Positions 42,399 through 51,774 of a stretch of 64,000 nucleotides of DNA are shown one piece after another. This DNA comes from an uncultured beta proteobacterium (GTDB lineage Bacteria; Pseudomonadota; Gammaproteobacteria; Burkholderiales; Thiobacillaceae). The notes below the pieces were generated by a model that searched no databases, was not told the origin of the DNA, and saw only the letters and a program-made list of their open reading frames with translations. The translations under genes and the position numbers were made by a program. The number at the start of each line of letters is the position of its first letter. The first letter of the stretch is position 1. The stretch is taken from assembly GCA_963746955.1 (NCBI GenBank), contig CAVVDR010000026.1, forward strand, positions 8,852-72,851, given 5' to 3'.

Positions 42399-44390
42399 AT
42401 GAGACCACTTTACCTGATCATTCCGCTGGCGCCGCTGATTGGGGCGGTGCTGGCCGGATTGTTCGGCAAGTTCATCGGCCGGACCCTGTCACATGTGGTC
42501 ACCATCGCCGGGGTGGCAGTGGCCTTTGTTGCGTCGATGTTCGTTTTTCAGGATGTGAACGCCGGGCACAGCTTTAACGGTACGGTCTACACTTGGATGA
42601 CCTCGGGCGACATGCGCTTTGAGGTCGGTTTTCTGATCGATCCGCTTACCGCCCTGATGACGCTGGTGGTCAGCTTTGTCTCTCTGATGGTGCATATCTA
42701 CACCATCGGCTACATGCACGACGATCCCGGTTATAAGCGCTTCTTCAGCTATATATCGCTGTTTACCTTCTCCATGCTCATGCTGGTGATGAGCAATAAT
42801 TTCCTCCAGCTATTCTTTGGCTGGGAGGCGGTGGGGTTGATGTCCTATCTGTTGATTGGCTTCTGGTACACGCGCGAGTCGGCCATCTACGCCAGTCTCA
42901 AGGCCTTCCTGGTCAACCGGGTGGGGGATTTCGGATTTGTGTTGGGCATAGGCCTGATCCTGGCCTGGTTCGGCAGCCTGGATTACGCCACGGTATTCGC
43001 CAAGGCCGACAGTCTGTCCGGACAGACTCTGACCCTGCTGCCGGGGCATGAATGGTCCCTGTTGGCTGTCATATGCATCCTGCTGTTCATTGGTGCCATG
43101 GGCAAGAGCGCGCAGTTCCCGCTGCATGTTTGGCTGCCCGATTCCATGGAAGGCCCCACTCCGATTTCGGCCCTGATTCACGCGGCCACTATGGTGACCG
43201 CGGGCATATTCATGGTGGCGCGCATGTCGCCCCTGTTTGAGCTGTCAGACACGGCACTCAACTTCGTCATGGTGATCGGCGCCATTACCGCCCTGTTCAT
43301 GGGTTTCCTCGGCATGATCCAGAATGACATCAAGCGGGTGGTGGCGTATTCCACCCTGTCGCAATTGGGCTACATGACCGTGGCGCTCGGCGCGTCGGCC
43401 TATTCCGTGGCGATCTTTCATTTGATGACGCATGCCTTTTTCAAGGCGCTGCTGTTCCTGGCCGCCGGCTCGGTCATCATCGCCTTGCATCACAACCAGG
43501 ACATGCGCTACATGGGTGGACTGCGCAAGTACATGCCGATTACCTGGGTCACCTCGCTCATCGGTTCGCTCGCCCTGATCGGCACGCCTTTTCTGTCAGG
43601 CTTTTATTCCAAGGATTCAATTATTGAGGCGGTGGAGTTCTCCCATCTGCCGGGAGCCGGCTTCGCCTACTTCGCCGTCACCCTGGGCGTGTTCGTCACC
43701 GCCTTCTATACCTTCCGCATGTATTTTCTCGTGTTTCATGGCAAGGAGAGGTACCAGCAGCATCATACCCATGACCAGGAGCCTTACGCGGGCGACGATA
43801 ATCACGGCATGCCGCATGAAACACCCTGGGTGGTGACCGGGCCGCTGCTGGCCCTGGCCGTGCCTTCTCTGGTGATTGGCTACATCACCATCGAGCCCAT
43901 GCTGTTTGGCGATTATTTCGGCAATTCCATCTATGTTTCCGATCGGCATCCGGTCATCCACGAGCTGTCGCATCATTTCCACGGCGCATTCGCGATGGCA
44001 CTGCAGGCTTTGCTGAGCCTGCCATTCTGGCTGGCGGCGGCCGGGGTCGGCCTGGCGGCGTTCTTCTATCTCAAACGCCAGGACATTCCCGCCATGCTGA
44101 TGCAGAAATTCCGCTGGCCGTACCTGATACTTGAGCACAAGTACGGCTTCGACGAGTTCAATGACTGGTTTTTCGCCGGCGGTGCGCGTCTGCTGGGCAA
44201 CGGCCTGTGGAAGCGCGGAGATGTGATGGTTATCGACGGCTGGATCGTGAACGGCGCGGCCCGGCTGGTGAACTGGGTCTCCCGGCTGATTCGCCCGCTC
44301 CAGTCCGGCTTTATCTACCATTACGCCTTCGCCATGCTGATCGGTGTATTCGCCCTGATCACCTGGTTCGTGCGCGCCACCCAGCCATAA
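42399..44390 (+). CDS. nuoL: NADH-quinone oxidoreductase subunit L
   Basis: 663 aa ND5-type antiporter-like subunit. Confidence 0.95.
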   Translation: MRPLYLIIPLAPLIGAVLAGLFGKFIGRTLSHVVTIAGVAVAFVASMFVFQDVNAGHSFNGTVYTWMTSGDMRFEVGFLIDPLTALMTLVVSFVSLMVHIYTIGYMHDDPGYKRFFSYISLFTFSMLMLVMSNNFLQLFFGWEAVGLMSYLLIGFWYTRESAIYASLKAFLVNRVGDFGFVLGIGLILAWFGSLDYATVFAKADSLSGQTLTLLPGHEWSLLAVICILLFIGAMGKSAQFPLHVWLPDSMEGPTPISALIHAATMVTAGIFMVARMSPLFELSDTALNFVMVIGAITALFMGFLGMIQNDIKRVVAYSTLSQLGYMTVALGASAYSVAIFHLMTHAFFKALLFLAAGSVIIALHHNQDMRYMGGLRKYMPITWVTSLIGSLALIGTPFLSGFYSKDSIIEAVEFSHLPGAGFAYFAVTLGVFVTAFYTFRMYFLVFHGKERYQQHHTHDQEPYAGDDNHGMPHETPWVVTGPLLALAVPSLVIGYITIEPMLFGDYFGNSIYVSDRHPVIHELSHHFHGAFAMALQALLSLPFWLAAAGVGLAAFFYLKRQDIPAMLMQKFRWPYLILEHKYGFDEFNDWFFAGGARLLGNGLWKRGDVMVIDGWIVNGAARLVNWVSRLIRPLQSGFIYHYAFAMLIGVFALITWFVRATQP

Positions 44391-44402
44391 CGGGAACAAG
44401 AT

Positions 44403-45908
44403 ATGTCGGGTTTGCCTTCCCTGAGTCTGGTAATTTGGCTTCCGATCGTGGCCGGACTGTTGGTGCTGGCCGCCGGTTCGGATCGCCGGGCCTCCCTGGC
44501 CCGCTGGACTGCCCTGGTTGGCGCCGCATTGGGCTTTTGGGTGGCCTTGCCGTTGTACACCGGGTTTGATGTCTCGACGGCAGCCATGCAATTCCAGGAG
44601 TTGAAGCCCTGGGTTCCCCAGTTCAATATCCAGTACCACCTGGGCGTGGATGGTATTTCGATGCCGCTCATCCTGCTCAACAGCTTCATTACCCTGCTGG
44701 TGGTGATCGCTGGTTGGGAAGTGATCCAGAAGAAAGTCGCCCAATACATGGCCGCCTTTCTTATCATGTCCGGCCTGATCAATGGCATGTTTGCATCGCT
44801 GGACGCGATACTGTTCTACCTGTTCTTCGAGGCCATGCTGATTCCGATGTACCTGATAATCGGCGTCTGGGGCGGGCCCAACCGGGTCTATGCGGCGCTC
44901 AAGTTCTTCCTCTACACTTTGCTGGGTTCGCTGTTGATGCTGGTTGCGCTGATTTACCTGCACTTCCAGTCCGCCGGCAGTTTCGAGATTCTCGATTTCC
45001 AAAAGCAGCCGCTCGCGCTTACCGCGCAGGTGCTGGTTTTCATTGCATTCTTCTCGTCGTTTGCGGTCAAGGTGCCAATGTGGCCGGTGCATACCTGGCT
45101 GCCAGATGCCCACGTCGAAGCGCCCACCGGCGGCTCAGTGGTGCTGGCCGCGATTACTTTAAAGATCGGTGCCTACGGATTCCTGCGCTTTGCGCTGCCG
45201 ATTGCACCGGATGCGAGCCACGAGCTGGCTGGCTTCGTCATTACCCTGTCCCTGATCGCAGTGGTGTACATCGGTCTGGTGGCGCTGGTGCAGGCCGACA
45301 TGAAGAAGCTCATCGCCTATTCGTCGATTTCGCACATGGGATTTGTCACCCTGGCCTTTTTCATGTTTGACGCGAGCGGGCACGGCAGTCAGCTGGCCGT
45401 GGAGGGCGGGGTAGTGCAGATGATATCCCATGGCTTTGTCTCCGCCGCCCTGTTTCTCTGCATCGGAGTCATGTATGACCGGCTGCATTCGCGCCAGATC
45501 AAGGATTACGGCGGGCTGGTCAACGTCATGCCGGTGTTCGCTTCCTTTTTCATGCTGTTTGCCATGGCCAACTCTGGCCTGCCTGCCACTTCCGGATTCG
45601 TCGGCGAGTTCATGGTGATCCTTGGCGCGATCAAGGTGAATTTCTGGTACGCGGCGATTGCGGCTACCACCCTGGTTTTTGGCGCGGCCTACACCCTGTG
45701 GATGTACAAACGGGTGGTGTTCGGCCCGGTGGTCAATGAAGCGGTCAAGACCATGGCCGATCTCAACAAGCGCGAGTTCCTGTTCATGGCCCTGCTGGCG
45801 GTCTGCGTACTGGCGTTGGGGCTTTATCCCAAGCCCTTCACCGACCCCATGCATGCCACGGTGGCACAGCTGATTGCCCATGTTGCCCAAGGCAAGCTTC
45901 CGCAATAA
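44403..45908 (+). CDS. nuoM: NADH-quinone oxidoreductase subunit M
   Basis: 501 aa ND4-type antiporter-like subunit. Confidence 0.95.
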   Translation: MSGLPSLSLVIWLPIVAGLLVLAAGSDRRASLARWTALVGAALGFWVALPLYTGFDVSTAAMQFQELKPWVPQFNIQYHLGVDGISMPLILLNSFITLLVVIAGWEVIQKKVAQYMAAFLIMSGLINGMFASLDAILFYLFFEAMLIPMYLIIGVWGGPNRVYAALKFFLYTLLGSLLMLVALIYLHFQSAGSFEILDFQKQPLALTAQVLVFIAFFSSFAVKVPMWPVHTWLPDAHVEAPTGGSVVLAAITLKIGAYGFLRFALPIAPDASHELAGFVITLSLIAVVYIGLVALVQADMKKLIAYSSISHMGFVTLAFFMFDASGHGSQLAVEGGVVQMISHGFVSAALFLCIGVMYDRLHSRQIKDYGGLVNVMPVFASFFMLFAMANSGLPATSGFVGEFMVILGAIKVNFWYAAIAATTLVFGAAYTLWMYKRVVFGPVVNEAVKTMADLNKREFLFMALLAVCVLALGLYPKPFTDPMHATVAQLIAHVAQGKLPQ

Positions 45909-45916
45909 GGATTTGA

Positions 45917-47356
45917 ATGAACCTGTCCGAACTCAACTTCCTGCTGCCGGAAATTTTCCTGCTCTCGGCCCTGTGCGTGATCCTCGTCCTCGATAGCATG
46001 CTCAAGGACAGCCAGCGGTCGATCACCTATCTGCTGAGCCTGCTCACCCTGGTTGGCTGCGCCTGGCTCACGTCACGCAATATTTCGGCCGGCCCCGCAG
46101 TGGTGCTGCACGGCATGTTCGTGGCCGATCCCATGAGCGATGCGCTGAAACTCGCGCTGTATGTCGTTGTGACCGTCGTCCTGGTGTACTCGCGCGCGTA
46201 TGTTCAGGCGCGCGGCCTGTACAGGGGGGAATACTTTGTACTGATCCTGTTTGCCACTCTGGGCATGATGGTGATGATATCCGCCAGCCATTTCCTCACG
46301 CTCTATCTCGGCTTGGAACTGCTGTCCCTGTCGCTCTATGCGCTGGTGGCTTTGCAGCGAGATTCCAGCGTGGCCACTGAGGCGGCGATGAAATATTTTG
46401 TGCTCGGCGCGCTGGCTTCCGGCATGCTGCTCTATGGCATGTCCATGATTTACGGTGTGACTGGTTCGCTTCAGCTCGGCGCGGTATCGCATGCGCTGGC
46501 CGCAACCCAGGGCATGAAAGTCCCACTCGCGTTTGGCCTGGTGTTCATTATCGCCGGAGTATCGTTCAAGCTCGGGGTGGTGCCTTTCCACATGTGGATC
46601 CCGGACGTTTATCATGGCGCGCCAACGGCCATGACCCTGTTCCTCGGCACCGCGCCCAAGCTGGCGGCGTTTGCCTTCATCATGCGTCTTCTGGTACAGG
46701 GTCTGGAACATCTGGTCGCAGACTGGCAGGCCATGCTCATTGTGCTGTCGGTACTGTCGATGGCGCTGGGCAATATCGTCGCGATCGCGCAGTCCAATTT
46801 GAAGCGCATGCTCGCGTATTCCACCATCTCGCATATGGGCTTCTTGCTGTTGGGCGTGCTGGCCGGCTCGCACAACGGCTACAGCGCCAGCATGTTTTAT
46901 GTGGTGGTCTACGCCCTGATGAGTCTGGGCGGCTTCGGCATGATTCTCTACCTGTCACGCGCAGGCTTCGAGGCAGACCAGTTGGAGGATTTCCGCGGGC
47001 TCAACCAGCGCAGTCCCTGGACCGCCTTCATCATGCTGCTGCTGATGTTTTCCATGGCGGGAATTCCGCCCACCGTCGGCTTTTACGCCAAGTTTGCCGT
47101 GTTGCAGGCCATAGTCCAGGCGGGATTCGTGTGGCTGGCCGTGGTGGCGGTGATGTTCGCGCTGATTGGCGCCTTCTACTATCTGCGCATCGTCAAGCTG
47201 ATGTATTTTGATGAGCCGGCCGATCCAGCGCCCCTGCCGGCCCGCAACGACATGGGCGTCATCCTGTCGCTCAACGGGATGGCGGTTCTGTTGCTTGGCA
47301 TTCTGCCCCAGCCCCTGATGGCATGGTGCGCCTGGGCTATCCAGTCTTCGCTGTAG
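45917..47356 (+). CDS. nuoN: NADH-quinone oxidoreductase subunit N
   Basis: 479 aa ND2-type antiporter-like subunit. It is the last gene of the operon. Confidence 0.95.
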   Translation: MNLSELNFLLPEIFLLSALCVILVLDSMLKDSQRSITYLLSLLTLVGCAWLTSRNISAGPAVVLHGMFVADPMSDALKLALYVVVTVVLVYSRAYVQARGLYRGEYFVLILFATLGMMVMISASHFLTLYLGLELLSLSLYALVALQRDSSVATEAAMKYFVLGALASGMLLYGMSMIYGVTGSLQLGAVSHALAATQGMKVPLAFGLVFIIAGVSFKLGVVPFHMWIPDVYHGAPTAMTLFLGTAPKLAAFAFIMRLLVQGLEHLVADWQAMLIVLSVLSMALGNIVAIAQSNLKRMLAYSTISHMGFLLLGVLAGSHNGYSASMFYVVVYALMSLGGFGMILYLSRAGFEADQLEDFRGLNQRSPWTAFIMLLLMFSMAGIPPTVGFYAKFAVLQAIVQAGFVWLAVVAVMFALIGAFYYLRIVKLMYFDEPADPAPLPARNDMGVILSLNGMAVLLLGILPQPLMAWCAWAIQSSL

Positions 47357-47652
47357 TACATTCGTGCCGGGTCTGTGACCGGCGATCCGAATCCCGAAAC
47401 TGGACGGACAGAGGCAGCCCGGGCCACGGGAACTTCCGGCATGCTGAACGAGAAGTGGGGATGTGCGCCGGAGCTGTCCGTAACTACACGGTACCGGGCA
47501 TCGCCCCGTGCACCGTTTCTTGGTGCGGCGACATATTCCGTGGGTAGACGCATGGTTCTGGATTTCGGTATTGCGTTTGGCGCTGGCGCTGCGGCGCCGG
47601 ATTTCCAGCTTGCAGCCGGGGCAACGATGCTGCTGGGCGAGGCAGGGTTGCG

Positions 47653-48021
47653 CTAGGCAGGTTTGGCGTAAATTCCAAAGCCGGTGACGTCGATCAGCAC
47701 GCAGGGCTTGTCGCCGACGACCCACGCATCGTGCCCGGGCGGCATGTAGAACGCATCGCCGGGGCCGAATTCCATTTCGGTTCCATCGTCCATCTTCACT
47801 GCCATGCGCCCTTCCAAAACGTATCCCGTGTGCGTCGCTTGACAGGAATGCGTTCCGGCAATGGGCTTTACATGCTCAGTCCAGTGCCAGCCGGGCTCGA
47901 AAGTACCGCGTCCCAGAGTGAGACCGCCCAACGTCACGATCTCCGCCCTGCCTTTACCATCCTTGAACGGTCGAAGATCATCCGGGGAATTCAGCGATCT
48001 TCTTGCCAACTGTTGGGGCAT
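47653..48021 (-). CDS. Cupin-domain protein
   Basis: 122 aa single cupin barrel (GYVLEGRMAVKMDDGTEMEFGPGDAFYMPPGHDAWV). No function can be inferred. Confidence 0.7.
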   Translation of the reverse strand: MPQQLARRSLNSPDDLRPFKDGKGRAEIVTLGGLTLGRGTFEPGWHWTEHVKPIAGTHSCQATHTGYVLEGRMAVKMDDGTEMEFGPGDAFYMPPGHDAWVVGDKPCVLIDVTGFGIYAKPA

Positions 48022-48335
48022 GATGTCATCCTCACGGTAAGTCTGGAATTTAACCTTAGTAGCGATTGGGCATAATTCAACCGCGGCATGGAAGAAGTCC
48101 TGGGCTGGTCTGGGCCCGGCTCCGCGAACCTAAATACGGCGGTTCGGCATTTCCGGAATCACGTTTCGAAGGCCACTTATTTTGGACAAAGAATAAGCTC
48201 GGCTCAAGCTTCATTGTCAATTTCCCGCCCATGATCTAAGGTTGATTATTGATGTGGCCTATCGTGTTATCAGCTTGCCGTGCCGCATCGAAATCTGCGT
48301 CCGCACCGCTTCCTTTCTTCCCGGGAGAACCGCCT

Positions 48336-48986
48336 ATGGGCCTCGGCTCTGCGCCCCATCCATCGAGCACCGCCATTCACCCCCTGGTCGTGCGCGTCTG
48401 CCATTGGCTAAACGTCATTGCCGTCCTGATCATGATCTTCAGCGGCTGGCGCATCTACGATGCCTCACCAATTTTCCGATTCGAATTTCCCTCGGGCATC
48501 ACTTTGGGCGGCTGGCTGGCAGGGGCGCTGCAATGGCATTTTGCGGCCATGTGGCTGCTGGTGGTAAACGGCTTGGTGTATGTACTGTATGGCGTGCTTT
48601 CCGGCCATTACCGGCGCAGCCTCTTCCCGTTGCGCGTCAATGCAATGCGGCGCGAATTCGCCAATCTGCTCCACGGTCGGGTCAGCCATACGCTGGGCAG
48701 CTATAACGCGATCCAGAAACTGGCTTATCTGGTTGTCATTCTGCTGGGGGTCACCCTGGTCTTGTCAGGCCTGGCGATCTGGAAGCCGGTGCAGTTCAAG
48801 GAACTGGCCGCGTTGATGGGCGGCTATGATGGAGCGCGGGTGGTGCATTTCGTCGCCATGGCTGGGGTGGTCGGGTTCATTGTGGTTCACGTGTTTATGG
48901 TGGCCCTGGTGCCGCGCACGCTGCCGCCCATGTTTTCCGGGCGCCTGCCGCGGAACGCGCAATCAGTTCCTGGTACGGGGCACTGA
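48336..48986 (+). CDS. Membrane di-haem b-type cytochrome (HyaC/FdnI/PhsC-like cytochrome b family)
   Basis: 216 aa from ATG 48336 with four TM helices. Conserved His residues sit in TM1 (VCHWLN), TM2 (LQWHFAA) and TM4 (VVHFVAMAGVVGFIVVHVF). The stop lies 1 nt before the next gene. Confidence 0.75.
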   Translation: MGLGSAPHPSSTAIHPLVVRVCHWLNVIAVLIMIFSGWRIYDASPIFRFEFPSGITLGGWLAGALQWHFAAMWLLVVNGLVYVLYGVLSGHYRRSLFPLRVNAMRREFANLLHGRVSHTLGSYNAIQKLAYLVVILLGVTLVLSGLAIWKPVQFKELAALMGGYDGARVVHFVAMAGVVGFIVVHVFMVALVPRTLPPMFSGRLPRNAQSVPGTGH

Positions 48987-48987
48987 A

Positions 48988-49749
48988 ATGAGCAAGCCCC
49001 CTCGTCTTATAGGTTTGCTTGAAGATCTGTCCAGCAGGCAGATCGAGCGCATCGAACGGCGGCTGTTCCTCAAGCGTGGCTTGAGCCTGGGGGCGCTGGC
49101 GCTGTTGTCGGGCTGCGAGATTACTGAAAACCACTCGGTGCAGCGCATGCTGCTGGCCATGTCGAAATGGAATGACCGGGCCCAGGGCTGGCTGTTCGAC
49201 CCCAACAAGCTGGCGCCGACTTATCCGGAAAGCGCCATCACCCGGCCCTTTCCCTTCAACGCTTACTACAGCGAGAATGAAGCGCCGGTTGTCGACCCGC
49301 ACAGCTATCGGCTGGAACTGGGCGGGCTGATACGCGATCGCAAACCGTGGACGCTGCCCGAACTCTATGCCCTTCCGCAGGTCTCCCAGATCACCCGCCA
49401 CGTCTGCGTGGAGGGCTGGAGCGCGATAGGGAAATGGAGCGGCACGCCATTCCGCCTGTTCCTGGAGAGGGTAGGCGCAGACCTCGGCGCGAAGTACGTT
49501 GGTTTCATGTGCGCGGACAACTACTACACGAGCATCGACATGGCGACCGCGCTGCATCCTCAGACCCAGCTCAGCTTCAAGTGCGCTGACCAGATCCTGC
49601 CCAGAAAGTACGGCTTTCCGATGAAGCTGCGCATTCCTACCAAACTGGGGTTCAAGAATCCCAAACACATCATGGCGATCTTTGTCACCAACACCTATCC
49701 GGGCGGCTATTGGGAAGACCAGGGCTACAACTGGTTCTCCGGCTCGTGA
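48988..49749 (+). CDS. Molybdopterin-dependent oxidoreductase of the sulfite-oxidase/YedY(MsrP) fold, predicted Tat-exported lipoprotein
   Basis: 253 aa from ATG 48988. Twin-arginine motif RRLFLKRG is followed by lipobox LLSGC. The Mo-ligand cysteine context RHVCVEGWS resembles the YedY/MsrP CVEAWS. Confidence 0.75.
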   Translation: MSKPPRLIGLLEDLSSRQIERIERRLFLKRGLSLGALALLSGCEITENHSVQRMLLAMSKWNDRAQGWLFDPNKLAPTYPESAITRPFPFNAYYSENEAPVVDPHSYRLELGGLIRDRKPWTLPELYALPQVSQITRHVCVEGWSAIGKWSGTPFRLFLERVGADLGAKYVGFMCADNYYTSIDMATALHPQTQLSFKCADQILPRKYGFPMKLRIPTKLGFKNPKHIMAIFVTNTYPGGYWEDQGYNWFSGS

Positions 49750-49766
49750 GTGATTGATCGGCCCTC

Positions 49767-50030
49767 ATGACGCACGTCGCTCTTGCCGTCATGCTCGCGG
49801 TCGCGATGGCATTGCCCCGGACAATCCTGGCGGCTGAAGAAAGCGCCACAGCCGACCGCAAGCCAGCCCAGGATGCGAGACAGGAAATCAGAAATTGGAC
49901 ACCCATGGATATGGACCAGTCCATGCCCACGGGCATGGCGAAACCCGGCATGAAGCTGGGTGACGTGAAGAACAGCGCCGAAAAGAAACGGGCAGAGATG
50001 GAAAAGATGATGCACGAGGAAATGAAATAG
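49767..50030 (+). CDS. Small secreted methionine-rich peptide (hypothetical)
   Basis: 87 aa with signal peptide MTHVALAVMLAVAMALPRTILA|AEE. The predicted mature 65 aa contain 9 Met (hand count), are highly charged and have no Cys. Third codon positions are GC-rich, like neighbouring genes. The SD is weak. Confidence 0.55.
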   Translation: MTHVALAVMLAVAMALPRTILAAEESATADRKPAQDARQEIRNWTPMDMDQSMPTGMAKPGMKLGDVKNSAEKKRAEMEKMMHEEMK

Positions 50031-50187
50031 GCTTGGGGAATTCCTTGCCACAGTAGCTGTCAGCGCTTGCATTTCAATTTCCTTCCGGTACCAGCATGAC
50101 AAGATCGCTTCCCTCCCGCGCTTTGAGGTCAGGCATTTGAAATGATCCACCGACAGCGACTTCATAACTTCTGGGCGATCCATTAAG

Positions 50188-50336
50188 ATTGGCTCGGGCC
50201 CGCACCGCTTGATGCCGTGGCCAAAACGATCCGGCTCCCCGGGGACGTAAGCCGAAGAAATGTTTGATGCCTTCGCGGAGTCGTGCAGAACGCGGCGCTC
50301 GCGTCGGCTGCAATCCGGCTGTGCAGGAATACGGCA
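50188..50336 (+). pseudogene. Decayed, internally deleted copy of an HU (hupB-like) gene
   Basis: 50252-50293 matches hupB 51836-51879 at 40/44 columns by hand count (CCGAAGAAATGTTTGATGCCTTCGCGGAGTCGTGCAGAACGCG). The flanks match codons ~6-20 (LDAVAK) and the RIGRNP-arm region (TCGGCTGCAATCCGGC vs TCGGCCGCAATCCGGC). About 60 nt are missing, and there are frameshifts and an in-frame TAA. Confidence 0.65.
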
Positions 50337-50360
50337 ATAACTGGAAATCAATGGGCGAGA

Positions 50361-50978
50361 CTACAACTCAATCCCATCCAGAAACTTTCTAAGGCCGTCT
50401 TTGGCGCCGTCGATCCAGGGAGCGCCGTGGGCGAACAGCAGGTGGTCGAATTCGCGTTCGTGAACCTGCTTGAGAAGAATCTTTCGGAGCCCCCGCTTGA
50501 CGCCTTCCGGTTCCTCGCCCATATACTCGTCCGGCACGAAACCCAGTTTTCCGTTGGAGCGCACAATTGCGTCGCCGATGGCCAGAATACCTCCGTTCAG
50601 CGGGAAATACAGCGCCGTTTCTTCAGGGCACAGCACCCCGACTTTCAGGGCCAAGACCCCTCCGGGTAATTTCGTGCCATGGGTGAAGCCCTTGACCTTC
50701 TCGCCTCTGGTGAATTCGTGCAATCCGTCCCTGTGGCACCAGACCTGCGCGCCGTAGCGGGCAGCAAAGCGGTCGCTGTGCCGGTAGTGGTGGCGGTTGG
50801 TAAGGTAGATGTGCTGTGGCATTCCGTGCGCAGCAAACCACTCCAAGCCTTGAGCCGGGACGCGGGGGTCGATCAGCACCACTGGATCGGTGGCGTTGAT
50901 GCAGTAGGAGTGGACATAGGCGCGGATGCCCTCGTGGAAGGTTTTCCAATGAAAAACGCCGGGCAAAATTTCTTTCAT
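50361..50978 (-). CDS. MBL-fold metallo-hydrolase
   Basis: 205 aa from ATG 50978. It has a beta-lactamase-fold layout with a degenerate His motif (TNRHHYRHSD) and distal His/Asp residues. Confidence 0.6.
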   Translation of the reverse strand: MKEILPGVFHWKTFHEGIRAYVHSYCINATDPVVLIDPRVPAQGLEWFAAHGMPQHIYLTNRHHYRHSDRFAARYGAQVWCHRDGLHEFTRGEKVKGFTHGTKLPGGVLALKVGVLCPEETALYFPLNGGILAIGDAIVRSNGKLGFVPDEYMGEEPEGVKRGLRKILLKQVHEREFDHLLFAHGAPWIDGAKDGLRKFLDGIEL

Positions 50979-51061
50979 GGTTGGAGTTCCCTGCTTCAGT
51001 AAAGACGATTTGCCGGGCAAAGGAAACTGTCGTTCCCTGGTGTTATCCGGTAAAGCCCCCG

Positions 51062-51607
51062 CTATCGAGAAACTGCTGCTCCTCCGCCGTGGTTTTCCGC
51101 CCCAGGATTTCTGTTGCGGTGCGGAAATCGCCCGAAATACCGGATTATCTCGCGATGCTCGAGCGCGTGTTTGAGGTAGTCGACACCGAGCCGCCCACTT
51201 AATTCCACCGATTTGTCCTGATCGGCGCGATCCTCAGAATGGGCGAAGGGAAGATAGAAGAACAAACGAAGATCGGCCGGGGCCTGTAAATCGAAACCGG
51301 CTGCGATTGCATTCTCCGCAAGCTGCCGCGCCAGCTTGTCGGTCGCGTACATGCGCGCAGTACCGCGAAAGGCGTTGCGCGGAAATTGGTCCAGCAGAAT
51401 CGCCAGGGCAAGAGCGCCAAGCGCATCGTCTGCCCAGCCATCAAGCTTGCCCTGCGCTGCGGCTTCGTGAAGACTCAGGAAACGCGCGCGAAACTCGGCA
51501 TCGAAAGCGGCGTTCTTCATGAACCATCGTCGCGGTCCGGCATCGCGCCAGAAATTGATGACGGCTTCAACGTCATGATTGGCCAATTGCCTGACGAGCT
51601 TGGTCAT
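51062..51607 (-). CDS. DUF924 family protein
   Basis: 181 aa with the family-typical WF..D..FD..IR..F ... LDQFPRN ... FYLPF.HSE pattern. Confidence 0.7.
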   Translation of the reverse strand: MTKLVRQLANHDVEAVINFWRDAGPRRWFMKNAAFDAEFRARFLSLHEAAAQGKLDGWADDALGALALAILLDQFPRNAFRGTARMYATDKLARQLAENAIAAGFDLQAPADLRLFFYLPFAHSEDRADQDKSVELSGRLGVDYLKHALEHREIIRYFGRFPHRNRNPGAENHGGGAAVSR

Positions 51608-51774
51608 TTCGTGGCCAGATTGGTTGCTTCCATTCTGAAACCGGCGGGACTATGGCCTATTCTCAAGAGAGTTAAGACGATGAGAGGCAAAGAACAGTCT
51701 GCAACCTCTCTTGGCTGGAGTCTCTTGTATCCCATACAATGGTTTTCCACAATGCCCCCACAGGAGTCAACAAG

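Noticed and set aside
47357-47652. A 296-nt gap after nuoN containing a 93-aa ORF (47375..47656). Its tail, ...RMVLDFGIAFGAGAAAPDFQLAAGATMLL, vaguely resembles an outer-membrane beta-strand segment. There is also a weak hairpin, GCCGG-N8-CCGGC, at 47366-47383.
   Set aside because: I could recall no convincing family match. The composition is Arg/Ala/Gly-rich like the shadow ORFs, and the hairpin lacks a U-tract. It could be a gene remnant, but I cannot support that from the sequence alone.
49725-50351. A 208-aa minus-strand ORF spanning the Met-rich peptide gene and the HU relic.
   Set aside because: It has no motifs. It runs antisense to an ORF with a clear signal peptide and through a region better explained as a decayed plus-strand HU gene.
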